A stretch of DNA of 64,000 nucleotides from an uncultured Eubacteriales bacterium (GCA_934446675.1 CAKSEL010000002.1:44386-108385), one strand, 5' to 3'; shown: positions 1 through 8,480, counted from the stretch's first letter. Translations and numbers: made by a program. The notes: a model not told the origin generated them from the letters alone.

Positions 1-67
1 TATAATAAAATAAGTATACGGTCTGAAAAAGGCGGAAATTGTCATTTATCCGCAAAAATAACCGTCA

Positions 68-1648
68 ATGAAAGCGTGGTTTAACATCATGAGAAGATAC
101 CTTTTCAAAAGCGGCAGCATAAATACGCACCAAGACGCGTATTTTGACGTAATTATCGCAGGCGCCGGACTTGCGGGGCTTTACTGTGCGCTGAGCCTTC
201 CGGAAAAGCTCTCGGTCGCACTCATTACCAAAGGCGGATTCGACACAGGCTCCTCCTGGCTTGCTCAGGGCGGAATCGCAGCCGTCACGAGAGATTCCGA
301 CAGTTTTGAAAGCCACATAAAAGACACTCTCATTGCAGGCGCGGGCCACTGCGACGAAAAAGCCGTCGAGGTGCTCGTAAAAGAAGGTCCCGAGGCAATA
401 AAGCAAATGATAGCTCTCGGCGTTCCCTTTGACAGAGACAAAAACGGCGACATAATAGTAACGCGCGAAGGCGGTCACAGCTGTTCGAGAATTCTTCACT
501 GCGGCGGAGACGCTACGGGCAGACTCATGACAAAACGTCTCGGAGAGGTTGCCGAAACACGTTCAAACATAAAAATAATCTTTGAGTCTTCGGTTATCGA
601 CGTACTTACCGACGGTGACGGCGTATGCGGCGTTGTAATAAACGATAAGAAAGGCAATCACGTGCTGCGTTCCGGAAATGTCGTAATGTCAACAGGCTCG
701 ATAGGTCAGCTTTACAGATATACCACAAATCCGCGCGGCTCGGTCGGCGACGGCATTGCAGCCTGTGTAAGAGCGGGTGCCAAAACACGTGACATGGAAT
801 TCGTTCAGTTCCACCCCACAGCCCTTGCAAAAGGCGAGATAGACGGAAGAATGTTCCTTGTTTCGGAGGCTGTACGCGGAGAGGGCGGAATTTTACAGAA
901 TCTTGACGGCGATCCTTTCATGCACGACAAGCACTCGCTTCGTGATCTTGCACCGCGCGACATAGTAACGCGCGAAATATTAAAGGAGCTTGCAAGAACA
1001 AACACCGATATTGCATATCTTGACGTTTCCTGCATGAACGAAGAATTTTTCTCTAAACGTTTTCCGACAATATACGCGCGCTGCAAAGAGCTTGACATAA
1101 ACGTTCCGCACGACAGAATACCGGTTCACCCGACGCAGCACTACCACATGGGAGGCGTCGAAACCGACCTCAACGCGAGAACGTGCGTTCCCGGTCTTTA
1201 TGCCTGCGGGGAAGTCGCCTGCACCGGAGTTCAGGGCGCAAACCGCCTTGCTAGCAACTCGACGCTCGAATGTCTTGTTTTCGGAAAGCGTGCCGCAGAC
1301 TCCATTGCCGCGGATTTCAGAACAGCGCTGGCACAAAGTGCGGTTTCTTTCGGACAGGATTTCGGAAAAGACGCGCCCGACAGTGAAACATCAAAGAAAT
1401 ACATTGCCGAGATGAAAAATCTCATGTCCGACTATGTTGGACCTTTGAGAAAAGTTTCGGGAATGAAAAAAGCTCTTGCAAGGCTTAACGAGATATGCGC
1501 TTTATACGAAAACGCAGACCTCTGCTCAAACGCACAGTATGCGGCAGCCGACGCGTCATTCGTCAGCGCAATAATCACAAAGTGCGCGCTTGACAGAAAA
1601 GAAAGCATAGGTTCACACTACATAATCGGAGAGGACGGAACAATATGA
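68..1648 (+). CDS. nadB: L-aspartate oxidase
   Basis: 526-aa ORF. N-terminal FAD dinucleotide-binding motif DVIIAGAGLAGL. Flavoprotein motifs of the fumarate reductase/Asp oxidase family (HPTA, GANRLASNS). The stop overlaps the nadC start (ATGA). Confidence 0.9.
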   Translation: MKAWFNIMRRYLFKSGSINTHQDAYFDVIIAGAGLAGLYCALSLPEKLSVALITKGGFDTGSSWLAQGGIAAVTRDSDSFESHIKDTLIAGAGHCDEKAVEVLVKEGPEAIKQMIALGVPFDRDKNGDIIVTREGGHSCSRILHCGGDATGRLMTKRLGEVAETRSNIKIIFESSVIDVLTDGDGVCGVVINDKKGNHVLRSGNVVMSTGSIGQLYRYTTNPRGSVGDGIAACVRAGAKTRDMEFVQFHPTALAKGEIDGRMFLVSEAVRGEGGILQNLDGDPFMHDKHSLRDLAPRDIVTREILKELARTNTDIAYLDVSCMNEEFFSKRFPTIYARCKELDINVPHDRIPVHPTQHYHMGGVETDLNARTCVPGLYACGEVACTGVQGANRLASNSTLECLVFGKRAADSIAADFRTALAQSAVSFGQDFGKDAPDSETSKKYIAEMKNLMSDYVGPLRKVSGMKKALARLNEICALYENADLCSNAQYAAADASFVSAIITKCALDRKESIGSHYIIGEDGTI

Positions 1649-2490
1649 GTTTACTTAAAAATCCGCTTGTTACGCAAATTATTTCAATGGCGCTCAACGA
1701 GGACGTCGGAACAGGCGATATAACCACCGAAACAACCATACCTGCGGACAAGACCGCGTCAGGCAGATTTATTGCAAAGGAAGACATGATAATCTGCGGA
1801 ATTGACGTAGCAGAGCTTGTTTTCCACACCGTTGACGCAAGCATTTCATTTAACGCAAACTTCAAGGACGGCGACAAAGTATGCAAAGGCGACGTTATCG
1901 CGACGGTAAACGGAAACGCGCGCAACGTTCTTACTGCCGAACGCACCTCGCTCAATCTCATGCAGCGTCTTACCGGCATTGCTACGCGCACTCACGAGGC
2001 AGTTAAATGCGTCGAAGGCACAAAGGCAAAGATCACCGACACGAGAAAGACTACGCCGGGACTCCGCGTACTCGAAAAATATGCGGTAAGAGCCGGAGGC
2101 GGCACAAACCACCGTTTCAATCTTGCCGACGGCATACTCATAAAAGACAACCACATTGCGGTATCCGGCGGAATCAAAAACGCCGTTGCAAACGCGCGCA
2201 AGGCGGCGCCCCACACGCTTAAAATCGAAGTTGAGGTAGAAACAAAGGAACAGCTTGCGCAGGCTCTTGAGGCAGGCGCGGACATCATCATGCTTGACAA
2301 TATGTCAAACGAGCTTATGAGCGAATGTGTAAAGATAATAGACGGCAGAGCGCTTGTAGAGGCGTCCGGAAACATGGGCGACAAGGATCTTTACGAAGTT
2401 GCAAAGACCGGCGTTGACATTATCTCGATAGGCGCGCTCACCCACACCGTAAGAGCCGCCGACATAAGCCTGAAATTTAAGATCGATTAA
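1645..2490 (+). CDS. nadC: Nicotinate-nucleotide pyrophosphorylase (quinolinate phosphoribosyltransferase)
   Basis: 281-aa ORF translationally coupled to nadB. Typical QPRTase motifs (TRKTTPGLR, KDNHI, IMLDNM). Confidence 0.9.
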   Translation: MSLLKNPLVTQIISMALNEDVGTGDITTETTIPADKTASGRFIAKEDMIICGIDVAELVFHTVDASISFNANFKDGDKVCKGDVIATVNGNARNVLTAERTSLNLMQRLTGIATRTHEAVKCVEGTKAKITDTRKTTPGLRVLEKYAVRAGGGTNHRFNLADGILIKDNHIAVSGGIKNAVANARKAAPHTLKIEVEVETKEQLAQALEAGADIIMLDNMSNELMSECVKIIDGRALVEASGNMGDKDLYEVAKTGVDIISIGALTHTVRAADISLKFKID

Positions 2491-2530
2491 TAATTTTTCG
2501 GCGCAAATTTACCGAAAGGCTGTTATTAAC

Positions 2531-2956
2531 ATGTATTTTGCAATAATAGAATCATCAAGCGACGTATCGGCACTTACCACGATTGCCTACGGCGCAAAAA
2601 TCGCTGACCTTGCGCACTGGTATGCCGACGAAGTACGCGAGTGCATTGAAATGTATGCGTCAGACGAGCAGAGCGACGACGAAAAAAGCGCCATGGACCG
2701 CTGCGACGAGCTTTGCGAGCTTGCCGACGAGGACGCTCTGGACATATCGGATCTCAACGGGATAATCACGGGGGCAGACGAGGTTTCCGTCGAAATAATT
2801 GCTATATACGACGGATTTGAAGATTTCTGCGCGGCATTTACGGAGTATGTTTCCGACAAGCCGAAGTTCAAGAAAATTGTACCCGACGCAAACGCCGCAG
2901 ACATTATTGCCGAGTGCGACAGGATAAATTCTTTACTGATCAAAGAGTGCGTGTGA
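2531..2956 (+). CDS. Hypothetical, strongly acidic protein
   Basis: 141-aa ORF 40 nt downstream of nadC, very rich in D and E. I recognise no family. Confidence 0.45.
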   Translation: MYFAIIESSSDVSALTTIAYGAKIADLAHWYADEVRECIEMYASDEQSDDEKSAMDRCDELCELADEDALDISDLNGIITGADEVSVEIIAIYDGFEDFCAAFTEYVSDKPKFKKIVPDANAADIIAECDRINSLLIKECV

Positions 2957-2965
2957 GCACATTCT

Positions 2966-3118
2966 TTGGTTGGATAATGTTGCTTATTGGGCGAAAAAAG
3001 ATAATTCACTGCCATTTGCAAGTCTATGCACCCTCTTTTCGGAATCGAAAAAGTCCCCTACGAGGATAAAAGGCAAAAGATTTTCGCCGCTCAAACGCCG
3101 CAGCGAAAGCGAAGTTAC
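2966..3118 (+). repeat. Repeat element copy A1 (5' ~150 nt of the element)
   Basis: Aligns by eye to the 5' part of copies at 3231-3690 and 46166-45781 (minus). Shared strings include ttgcaagtcta, cttttcggaatcgaaaa and gattttcgccgctcaaacgccgcagcgaaagcg. Confidence 0.75.
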
Positions 3119-3230
3119 ATTTGTGGTTGGAGTGTTTTTGACTATTTTGGGCGGAAACGGATTATCCACTTCCACGTGCAACCCTATACTGACGCTTTTC
3201 TACGGAGAAAAGCTGAAAGATGTTCTACGT
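3119..3230 (+). repeat. Repeat element copy A2 (5' ~110 nt fragment)
   Basis: Shares ggcggaaacggattatccacttccacgtgcaac with A3. Shares the exact 26-mer actgacgcttttctacggagaaaagc with copy B1 (45302-45327). Confidence 0.75.
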
Positions 3231-3690
3231 TTGGCTTATTTTTGCCTATTTGGGGCGGAAACAGATTATCCACTTCCATGTGCAACCCTATTCACCAACT
3301 TTTCGACGGCGAAAAAGTTGCACTCTAAAGAGCGTAAACAAAAGCCGTTCGCCGCTCAAACGCCGCAGCAAAAGCGCGGCTACGTGGAGAATTTTGCCCA
3401 CCGAAACAAACAGCGCCTCCGAAATCTCAAAAACGCTCATTTTACACTGTCCCTAAAACTGTGTCGCAAAATCGCCGCGCGACAAGCGCGCGGATGGGGT
3501 TGGTATCTAAATATAGTTTTGATTGACTCGGTTCAACTCTTATGCCATGTCACGCTGTGGTCTGCGTAAACTTGGGTTTAGGCTCAAATGTACAATTCTT
3601 ATGCGTTATTATGCAGTCAACAGGACTTATTTTTCTGCCCAGCTTGCCTATCGGCAAGAAATTTGGTTCAAATTCTACTTTTATGTTTAG
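3231..3690 (+). repeat. Repeat element copy A3 (full length, ~460 nt)
   Basis: Near-identical over about 200 nt to 45464-45660 (ggggttggtatctaaatatagttttgat ... cagtcaacaggacttattttt ... cttgcctatcggcaag ... tactttt). Its 5' half matches the inverted copy at 46166-45900. Confidence 0.85.
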
Positions 3691-3696
3691 TAAAAA

Positions 3697-3740
3697 ACTC
3701 TGTGCAAAGTTTTACACAATGCACAGAGTTATCTTTTTAT
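3697..3740. terminator. Bidirectional intrinsic terminator
   Basis: 10-bp stem actctgtgca/tgcacagagt (3697-3706 and 3720-3729), flanked by an A-run upstream and a T-rich tract downstream. Confidence 0.7.
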
Positions 3741-3935
3741 TAAATAACCCTTATTTCTTTAATTACCATAGCTTGCTTCGGCACCATTGTTCTCATCTGA
3801 GTCAGCCGCCTGCCTTTTGGTGGCTGACGGTACAAGCTGGCGGCACAGAGTATCCCACAGTTTTAATATAAATTAAGGGCTAGCGTTTTCTTTGCAGCTT
3901 TCTTTTTAAAAAGAAAGCGCGTATCCCCCGCGTCC

Positions 3936-5060
3936 TTATAGCTTTGCAAGAGCGGCGAGAGCGTCGGGGATATGTATTTGCTGAGGACAGACTTTTTCGC
4001 AGCTGCGGCAGCCGATACAAGCAGACGGTTTTTTATCATCGGGCAGTGTAGAGATACGCATAGGAGCGATATAACCGCCGCCTGACACCATGCTTTCATT
4101 ATAAAGTTCGATAAGCATAGGAATATCAAGTCCCTTAGGACAGTGCGACGTACAATAATGACAGGCTGTACAGGGCAGCGTATTCTGTTTCATCATATCA
4201 TCGGCAACAGCGAGAAGCTCTTTCATTTCGGTATCATTCAAGGGCTTGTCCTCGGAGAAAGTTTCAATATTCTGCTTAACCTGTTCAAAATCCGACATTC
4301 CGGAAAGCGTCACGCACACTTCGGGAATACTCTGCAAAAATCTGAACGCCCATGCCGGTATAGTTTCATCAGGTCTTAAGCTTTTGAGCTTTTGCTCATA
4401 CTTTTCATCAAGCTTTGCAAGTTTTCCGCCGCGGACAGGCTCCATTACCCAGACCGGAATACCGTACTCTTTAAGCAGTTCAATCTTCGCCTTTGCATTC
4501 TGGAACTTGTAGTCAAAATAATTGAGCTGAATCTGACAAAACTCCATATACTTGCCGTAAGCTTCAAGAAAACGCTTTGTCGTATCGTATGTTCCGTGAA
4601 CCGAAAACCCAAGGTGCTTTATTCTGCCGTTCTTTTTCTGCTCAAGCAGATAATCGAGTATTCCGTACTTGGGATCGAGATACCCGTCAATGTTTATCTC
4701 GCATACGTTATGGAACAGATAAAAGTCAAAATACTCCGTGCGGCACTTTTCAAGCTGACGTTCAAAAATACTGCGGACTTTGTCCATGTTGGAAACATCA
4801 TATCCCGGAAATTTTGACGCAAGATAAAAACTTTCTCTCGGATATGAAGAAAGAATTTTACCTACAACAAGCTCGGAATTTCCGTTATGATAACCCCATG
4901 CGGTGTCAAAGTAATTCACTCCGTGCTTTATTGCATAGTCAAACAATTCCGCCGTGCGCTGTTCATCAATTTTGCCGTCGTTTCCGTCGACTGTCGGCAG
5001 TCTCATTGTTCCGAATCCGAGTGCAGAAAGCTTTAAATCCTGAAAGTTTCTGTAAACCAT
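3936..5060 (-). CDS. Aldo/keto reductase with C-terminal 4Fe-4S ferredoxin-type Cys cluster
   Basis: The ORF track gives 3936-5093. The preferred start is MVYRNFQ at 5060, preceded by aggaag. AKR motifs are present (GFGTMRLP, FDTAWGYH). The C-terminus has CTACHYCTSHCP and CIGCRSCEKVCP. Confidence 0.8.
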   Translation of the reverse strand: MVYRNFQDLKLSALGFGTMRLPTVDGNDGKIDEQRTAELFDYAIKHGVNYFDTAWGYHNGNSELVVGKILSSYPRESFYLASKFPGYDVSNMDKVRSIFERQLEKCRTEYFDFYLFHNVCEINIDGYLDPKYGILDYLLEQKKNGRIKHLGFSVHGTYDTTKRFLEAYGKYMEFCQIQLNYFDYKFQNAKAKIELLKEYGIPVWVMEPVRGGKLAKLDEKYEQKLKSLRPDETIPAWAFRFLQSIPEVCVTLSGMSDFEQVKQNIETFSEDKPLNDTEMKELLAVADDMMKQNTLPCTACHYCTSHCPKGLDIPMLIELYNESMVSGGGYIAPMRISTLPDDKKPSACIGCRSCEKVCPQQIHIPDALAALAKL

Positions 5061-5089
5061 GACTCTTTGCTTCCTTTCCGATAATATAA

Positions 5090-5524
5090 TCAATTTCTTT
5101 TGTTTGCCATAAGTTTTGAAACTGTGTCTTTTATTGCAATAAGCGCCTTGTCGGCGTCGTTTATCTCAAGCACCGCGTTTTCCATTGGACACATTCCGCT
5201 GCCGTCTCTGTTTTTGATGTAATCGACAAGTTCCGTATAACTGTATTCTATCCCGTATTTTTCAAGCACGGCGGCTGCCGGCTTGCTGAGCGTTCCGGAA
5301 TATAACCTCTTTACTCCGAGCTTTGCATAAAGAAAAGCCGCAGCCCGTCCGCATACTCTGTCGGCTGCCGACGCACCTGCAAAATCTTTTCCACGGTTTA
5401 TTGCAAAAAGCAAGGGTTTTACGCCGTTTTCGCGGCTTTTGTACTCATGCTCTCCGAGTATCACCGCACAGGTGAGATCCTCGCTCTCAAGCAGTTCTTT
5501 TGCTCTTTCCAGATCACTTTTCAT
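5090..5524 (-). CDS. DUF1893 (TM1506-like) domain protein
   Basis: About 144 aa from MKSDLERAKELL, with RBS aggggg. The size and N-terminal pattern resemble DUF1893 proteins, which are often paired with Fe-S AKRs. Family assignment is from memory only. Confidence 0.55.
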   Translation of the reverse strand: MKSDLERAKELLESEDLTCAVILGEHEYKSRENGVKPLLFAINRGKDFAGASAADRVCGRAAAFLYAKLGVKRLYSGTLSKPAAAVLEKYGIEYSYTELVDYIKNRDGSGMCPMENAVLEINDADKALIAIKDTVSKLMANKRN

Positions 5525-5607
5525 GAGCTTTCCCCCTTTATACAAAATATTTTATCGTATATTTGAAAAATATTATATAGTTATGATGTGAATTTTTTTG
5601 CAGGTTA

Positions 5608-5636
5608 TTGACAAACATCAAAATAGGTTATATAAT
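5608..5636 (+). promoter_or_regulatory. Sigma-A type promoter of the serS leader
   Basis: TTGACA (5608-5613), 17-nt spacer, TATAAT (5631-5636). Confidence 0.7.
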
Positions 5637-5639
5637 ATC

Positions 5640-5875
5640 ATGGTAAAAGGTTATCGTTAAAGGAAAAAAAGTAACCGCCGGATTTTCAAAGAGACAGGGG
5701 CGCAAGGTGAAAGCTCCCGAAAAGACGTCGGCGAATTCCGTTTCCCGAGATACCGCGCGAAATAAGTGCGGCGTGATTTTCCGCGTTAAGGAATCAGGAG
5801 TTAAACACAAGGTGGCACCGTGATTTTTCACCCTTGAGAGCGAGTTCATGCTCCCAAAGGTGTTATTTTTTTGTC
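5640..5875 (+). promoter_or_regulatory. T-box leader (Ser-specific) with terminator/antiterminator
   Basis: AGAGA box (about 5689). Conserved T-box core aacacaaggtggcaccgtg (5803-5822) with UGGC able to pair with a GCCA tRNA 3' end. UCC triplets at about 5736-5745. Terminator stem cacccttgagagc/gctcccaaaggtg followed by a T-run (5829-5873). Confidence 0.8.
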
Positions 5876-5912
5876 ATACCATAATTATCATATATTATCG
5901 GAGGAAAAACAA

Positions 5913-7199
5913 ATGCTTGACATTAAGTTTTTAAGAGAAAATCCCGACATCGTAAAACAGAACATCAAAAACAAGTTTCAGGACAAAAAACTGCCGCTGG
6001 TTGACGAAGTAATCGAACTCGACGCAGCAGACAGAAAGCTTAAAGGCGAGGCTGAAGCTATAAGAGCCGAGAAAAACAAGTATTCAAAGGAAATCGGCGC
6101 GCTTATGGCAAAGGGCTTAAAAGAAGAGGCTGAAAAGGCAAAGCAGGCTGTTACGCGCGACACGGGCAGACTTGCAGAAATCGAAGCCGAAGAGGACAAG
6201 CTTGCCGAACGCATCAAGACAATAATGATGACAATTCCTAACATCATTGATCCGTCGGTTCCGATAGGCAAAGACGACAGCGAAAACGTAGAGGTTCAGA
6301 AGTACGGCGAGCCTGTCGTTCCCGACTACGAAATTCCCTACCACACAGACATTTTCGAGTCATTTGACGGCATTGACCTCGACAGTGCAAGAAAAGTTGC
6401 CGGAAACGGTTTCTACTACCTCATGGGCGACGTTGCAAGACTTCATTCCGCCGTTCTTGCATACGCAAGAGATTTCATGATCAACCGCGGATTCACATAC
6501 TGCGTACCTCCGTTCATGATCAGAAGCGACGTTGTTACCGGCGTTATGAGCTTTGCCGAAATGGACGCAATGATGTACAAAATTGAGGGAGAGGATCTTT
6601 ATCTCATAGGTACAAGCGAACATTCCATGATAGGCAAGTTTATAGACACCATTCTTCCCGAAGAAAAGCTCCCCTACACTCTCACAAGCTATTCTCCCTG
6701 TTTCCGCAAGGAAAAAGGCGCGCACGGCATTGAGGAGAGAGGCGTATACAGGATTCACCAGTTTGAAAAGCAGGAAATGATAGTTGTCTGCAAGCCCGAG
6801 GACAGTAAGATGTGGTTCGACAAGCTCTGGCAGAACACGGTAGATCTTTTCCGTTCGCTCGACATTCCGGTAAGAACGCTTGAATGCTGCTCGGGAGACC
6901 TTGCAGACCTTAAAGTAAAGTCGGTTGACGTTGAGGCTTGGAGCCCGAGACAGAAGAAGTATTTTGAAGTAGGTTCCTGCTCAAATCTCGGCGACGCACA
7001 GGCAAGACGCTTGAAGATAAGAGTAAACGGCAAGAACGGAAAGTATCTTGCACACACGCTCAACAACACCGTCGTTGCTCCGCCCCGCATGCTTATAGCG
7101 TTTGTTGAAAACAATCTGCAAGCCGACGGCTCGGTAAGAATCCCCGAGGTTCTTCGTCCGTACATGGGCGGCATGGAAAAGATCGAAAAGAAGCACTGA
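5913..7199 (+). CDS. serS: Serine--tRNA ligase
   Basis: Start taken at MLDIKFLREN with RBS ggagg; the track start at 5871 lies inside the T-box terminator. N-terminal coiled-coil arm and class II aaRS motifs are present (FRKE, GSCSN, RxLxA). Confidence 0.93.
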   Translation: MLDIKFLRENPDIVKQNIKNKFQDKKLPLVDEVIELDAADRKLKGEAEAIRAEKNKYSKEIGALMAKGLKEEAEKAKQAVTRDTGRLAEIEAEEDKLAERIKTIMMTIPNIIDPSVPIGKDDSENVEVQKYGEPVVPDYEIPYHTDIFESFDGIDLDSARKVAGNGFYYLMGDVARLHSAVLAYARDFMINRGFTYCVPPFMIRSDVVTGVMSFAEMDAMMYKIEGEDLYLIGTSEHSMIGKFIDTILPEEKLPYTLTSYSPCFRKEKGAHGIEERGVYRIHQFEKQEMIVVCKPEDSKMWFDKLWQNTVDLFRSLDIPVRTLECCSGDLADLKVKSVDVEAWSPRQKKYFEVGSCSNLGDAQARRLKIRVNGKNGKYLAHTLNNTVVAPPRMLIAFVENNLQADGSVRIPEVLRPYMGGMEKIEKKH

Positions 7200-7232
7200 A
7201 TAAAAAACCCCGTATCTGAGAGGTAACTTTTA

Positions 7233-8147
7233 ATGACTGTCACAGAATTGCAGCAGAAAATACTGCAGCTCAAAAAACAAAAAGACGTATGCATACTTGC
7301 CCACAGCTATCAGGCGCATGAGATATGCGAAATTGCCGACTTTACCGGAGATTCCTACGGTCTGAGCGTCAAGGCGTCGCAGACAAACAACAAAACCGTG
7401 CTTATGTGCGGCGTCCGTTTCATGGCTGAGACCGTAAAAATTCTCTCTCCGGAAAAGAAGGTCATTCTTTCACACCCGGAGGCAGGCTGTCCGATGGCGG
7501 AACAGATGGACAAGGAGCTTATCGAACAGACAAAGACCATGTATCCCGGATATACGGTCGTAGCTTACATCAATACGACAGCAGAGCTTAAAACCATCTG
7601 CGACGTATGCGTTACAAGCTCGTCCGCCGTCAAAATCGTAAAGAATATCCCGAACAAGGACATTCTCTTTATCCCGGACATAAATCTCGGAACATACGTC
7701 GCCTCTCAGGTTCCCGACAAAAACATCAAACTGCTGTCCGGCGGCTGTCCGACTCATGCAAGAGTTACCGAACGCGAAACGCTTGCTGCAAAACAGCGTC
7801 ACCCTAACGCTCTGCTTCTGGTTCACCCCGAATGTGTGCCGAATGTAGTAAAGCACGCGGATTTCGTCGGCAGCACCAAGGCTATTATGGATTATGCCGC
7901 GCAGAGCGACGCAAAAGAGTTTATAATCGGCACGGAAAACAGCATTGCCGAACATTTACAGTATATGTACCCCGAAAAGCGTTTCTATACGCTGTGCAAA
8001 GACCTTGTCTGCCACAACATGAAACTGACAACGCTTATGGACGTATACAACTGCTTAAACGGAGACGGCGGAGAGGAAATAAATCTTGAACCCGACGTTA
8101 TAACAAAGGCGCGTCACTGCATTGACGAAATGTTAAGGCTCGGTTAA
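7233..8147 (+). CDS. nadA: Quinolinate synthase
   Basis: 304-aa ORF 33 nt after the serS stop, with no intervening terminator. NadA-like motifs (ILAHSYQ, VHPEC, conserved Cys residues). Confidence 0.88.
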   Translation: MTVTELQQKILQLKKQKDVCILAHSYQAHEICEIADFTGDSYGLSVKASQTNNKTVLMCGVRFMAETVKILSPEKKVILSHPEAGCPMAEQMDKELIEQTKTMYPGYTVVAYINTTAELKTICDVCVTSSSAVKIVKNIPNKDILFIPDINLGTYVASQVPDKNIKLLSGGCPTHARVTERETLAAKQRHPNALLLVHPECVPNVVKHADFVGSTKAIMDYAAQSDAKEFIIGTENSIAEHLQYMYPEKRFYTLCKDLVCHNMKLTTLMDVYNCLNGDGGEEINLEPDVITKARHCIDEMLRLG

Positions 8148-8306
8148 GACGGCATGTTTCTTGCAAATATGAATTTTACAGGTCCGGTTCATCGGTATTA
8201 CGGTGTTCCGGGCTTGTTTTTTGCATATATTCCGCATTTCCGGGAAAACCTAATGCTGTCACGGCAAAAAAACTTTCCAAAACCTGCAAAAATGTTGCCA
8301 AAGGTA

Positions 8307-8335
8307 TTGACAAAAGTATTTCAAAGTGATATAAT
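8307..8335 (+). promoter_or_regulatory. Promoter of tRNA-Gln
   Basis: TTGACA (8307-8312), 17-nt spacer, TATAAT (8330-8335). Confidence 0.7.
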
Positions 8336-8372
8336 ATTAAACGTTCCGAGACAGGGACGCAAAACTTAATAT

Positions 8373-8446
8373 TGCGGAATTGTGTAAAGGTAGCACGACA
8401 GACTCTGACTCTGTTTGTCTGGGTTCGAATCCTAGTTCCGCAGCCA
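8373..8446 (+). tRNA. tRNA-Gln (anticodon CUG)
   Basis: Manual cloverleaf. Acceptor tgcggaa/ttccgca with U1-A72. D stem gtgt/gcac. Anticodon stem acaga/tctgt with loop cuCUGac. T arm ctggg-ttcgaat-cctag. Discriminator G plus encoded CCA. Confidence 0.9.
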
Positions 8447-8452
8447 GATTCA

Positions 8453-8480
8453 ACAGTATCCTTTTGGGTACTGTTTTTGT
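8453..8480 (+). terminator. Intrinsic terminator after tRNA-Gln
   Basis: Stem acagtatcc/gggtactgt with tttt loop, followed by ttttt. Confidence 0.7.

Noticed and set aside
2970-3569. A 199-aa ORF, and other 60-170-aa ORFs (3026-3328, 3220-3456, 45756-46274, 45802-46080), run through the repeat loci.
   Set aside because: They are made of repeated nucleotide units read in different frames in different copies. They are basic and low-complexity, lack RBSs, and their frame is not conserved between copies. I treat them as non-coding.
2966-3690. Possible CRISPR array, because of the tandem repeated units.
   Set aside because: The units are 110-460 nt, of unequal length and degenerate. There are no short (24-48 nt) regularly spaced direct repeats with unique spacers, and no cas genes.
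3789-3805. Hammerhead-like string on the minus strand (cagaugag ... gaag).
   Set aside because: The core reads CAGAUGAG, not CUGAUGA. There is no stem II between it and the GAAG, and no proper three-way junction can be drawn.
8373-8446. tRNA-Sec, because of an apparent 8-bp acceptor when started one base early.
   Set aside because: The standard 7/4/5/5 cloverleaf with U1-A72, anticodon CUG, a short variable loop and G73-CCA fits tRNA-Gln. There is no UCA anticodon.
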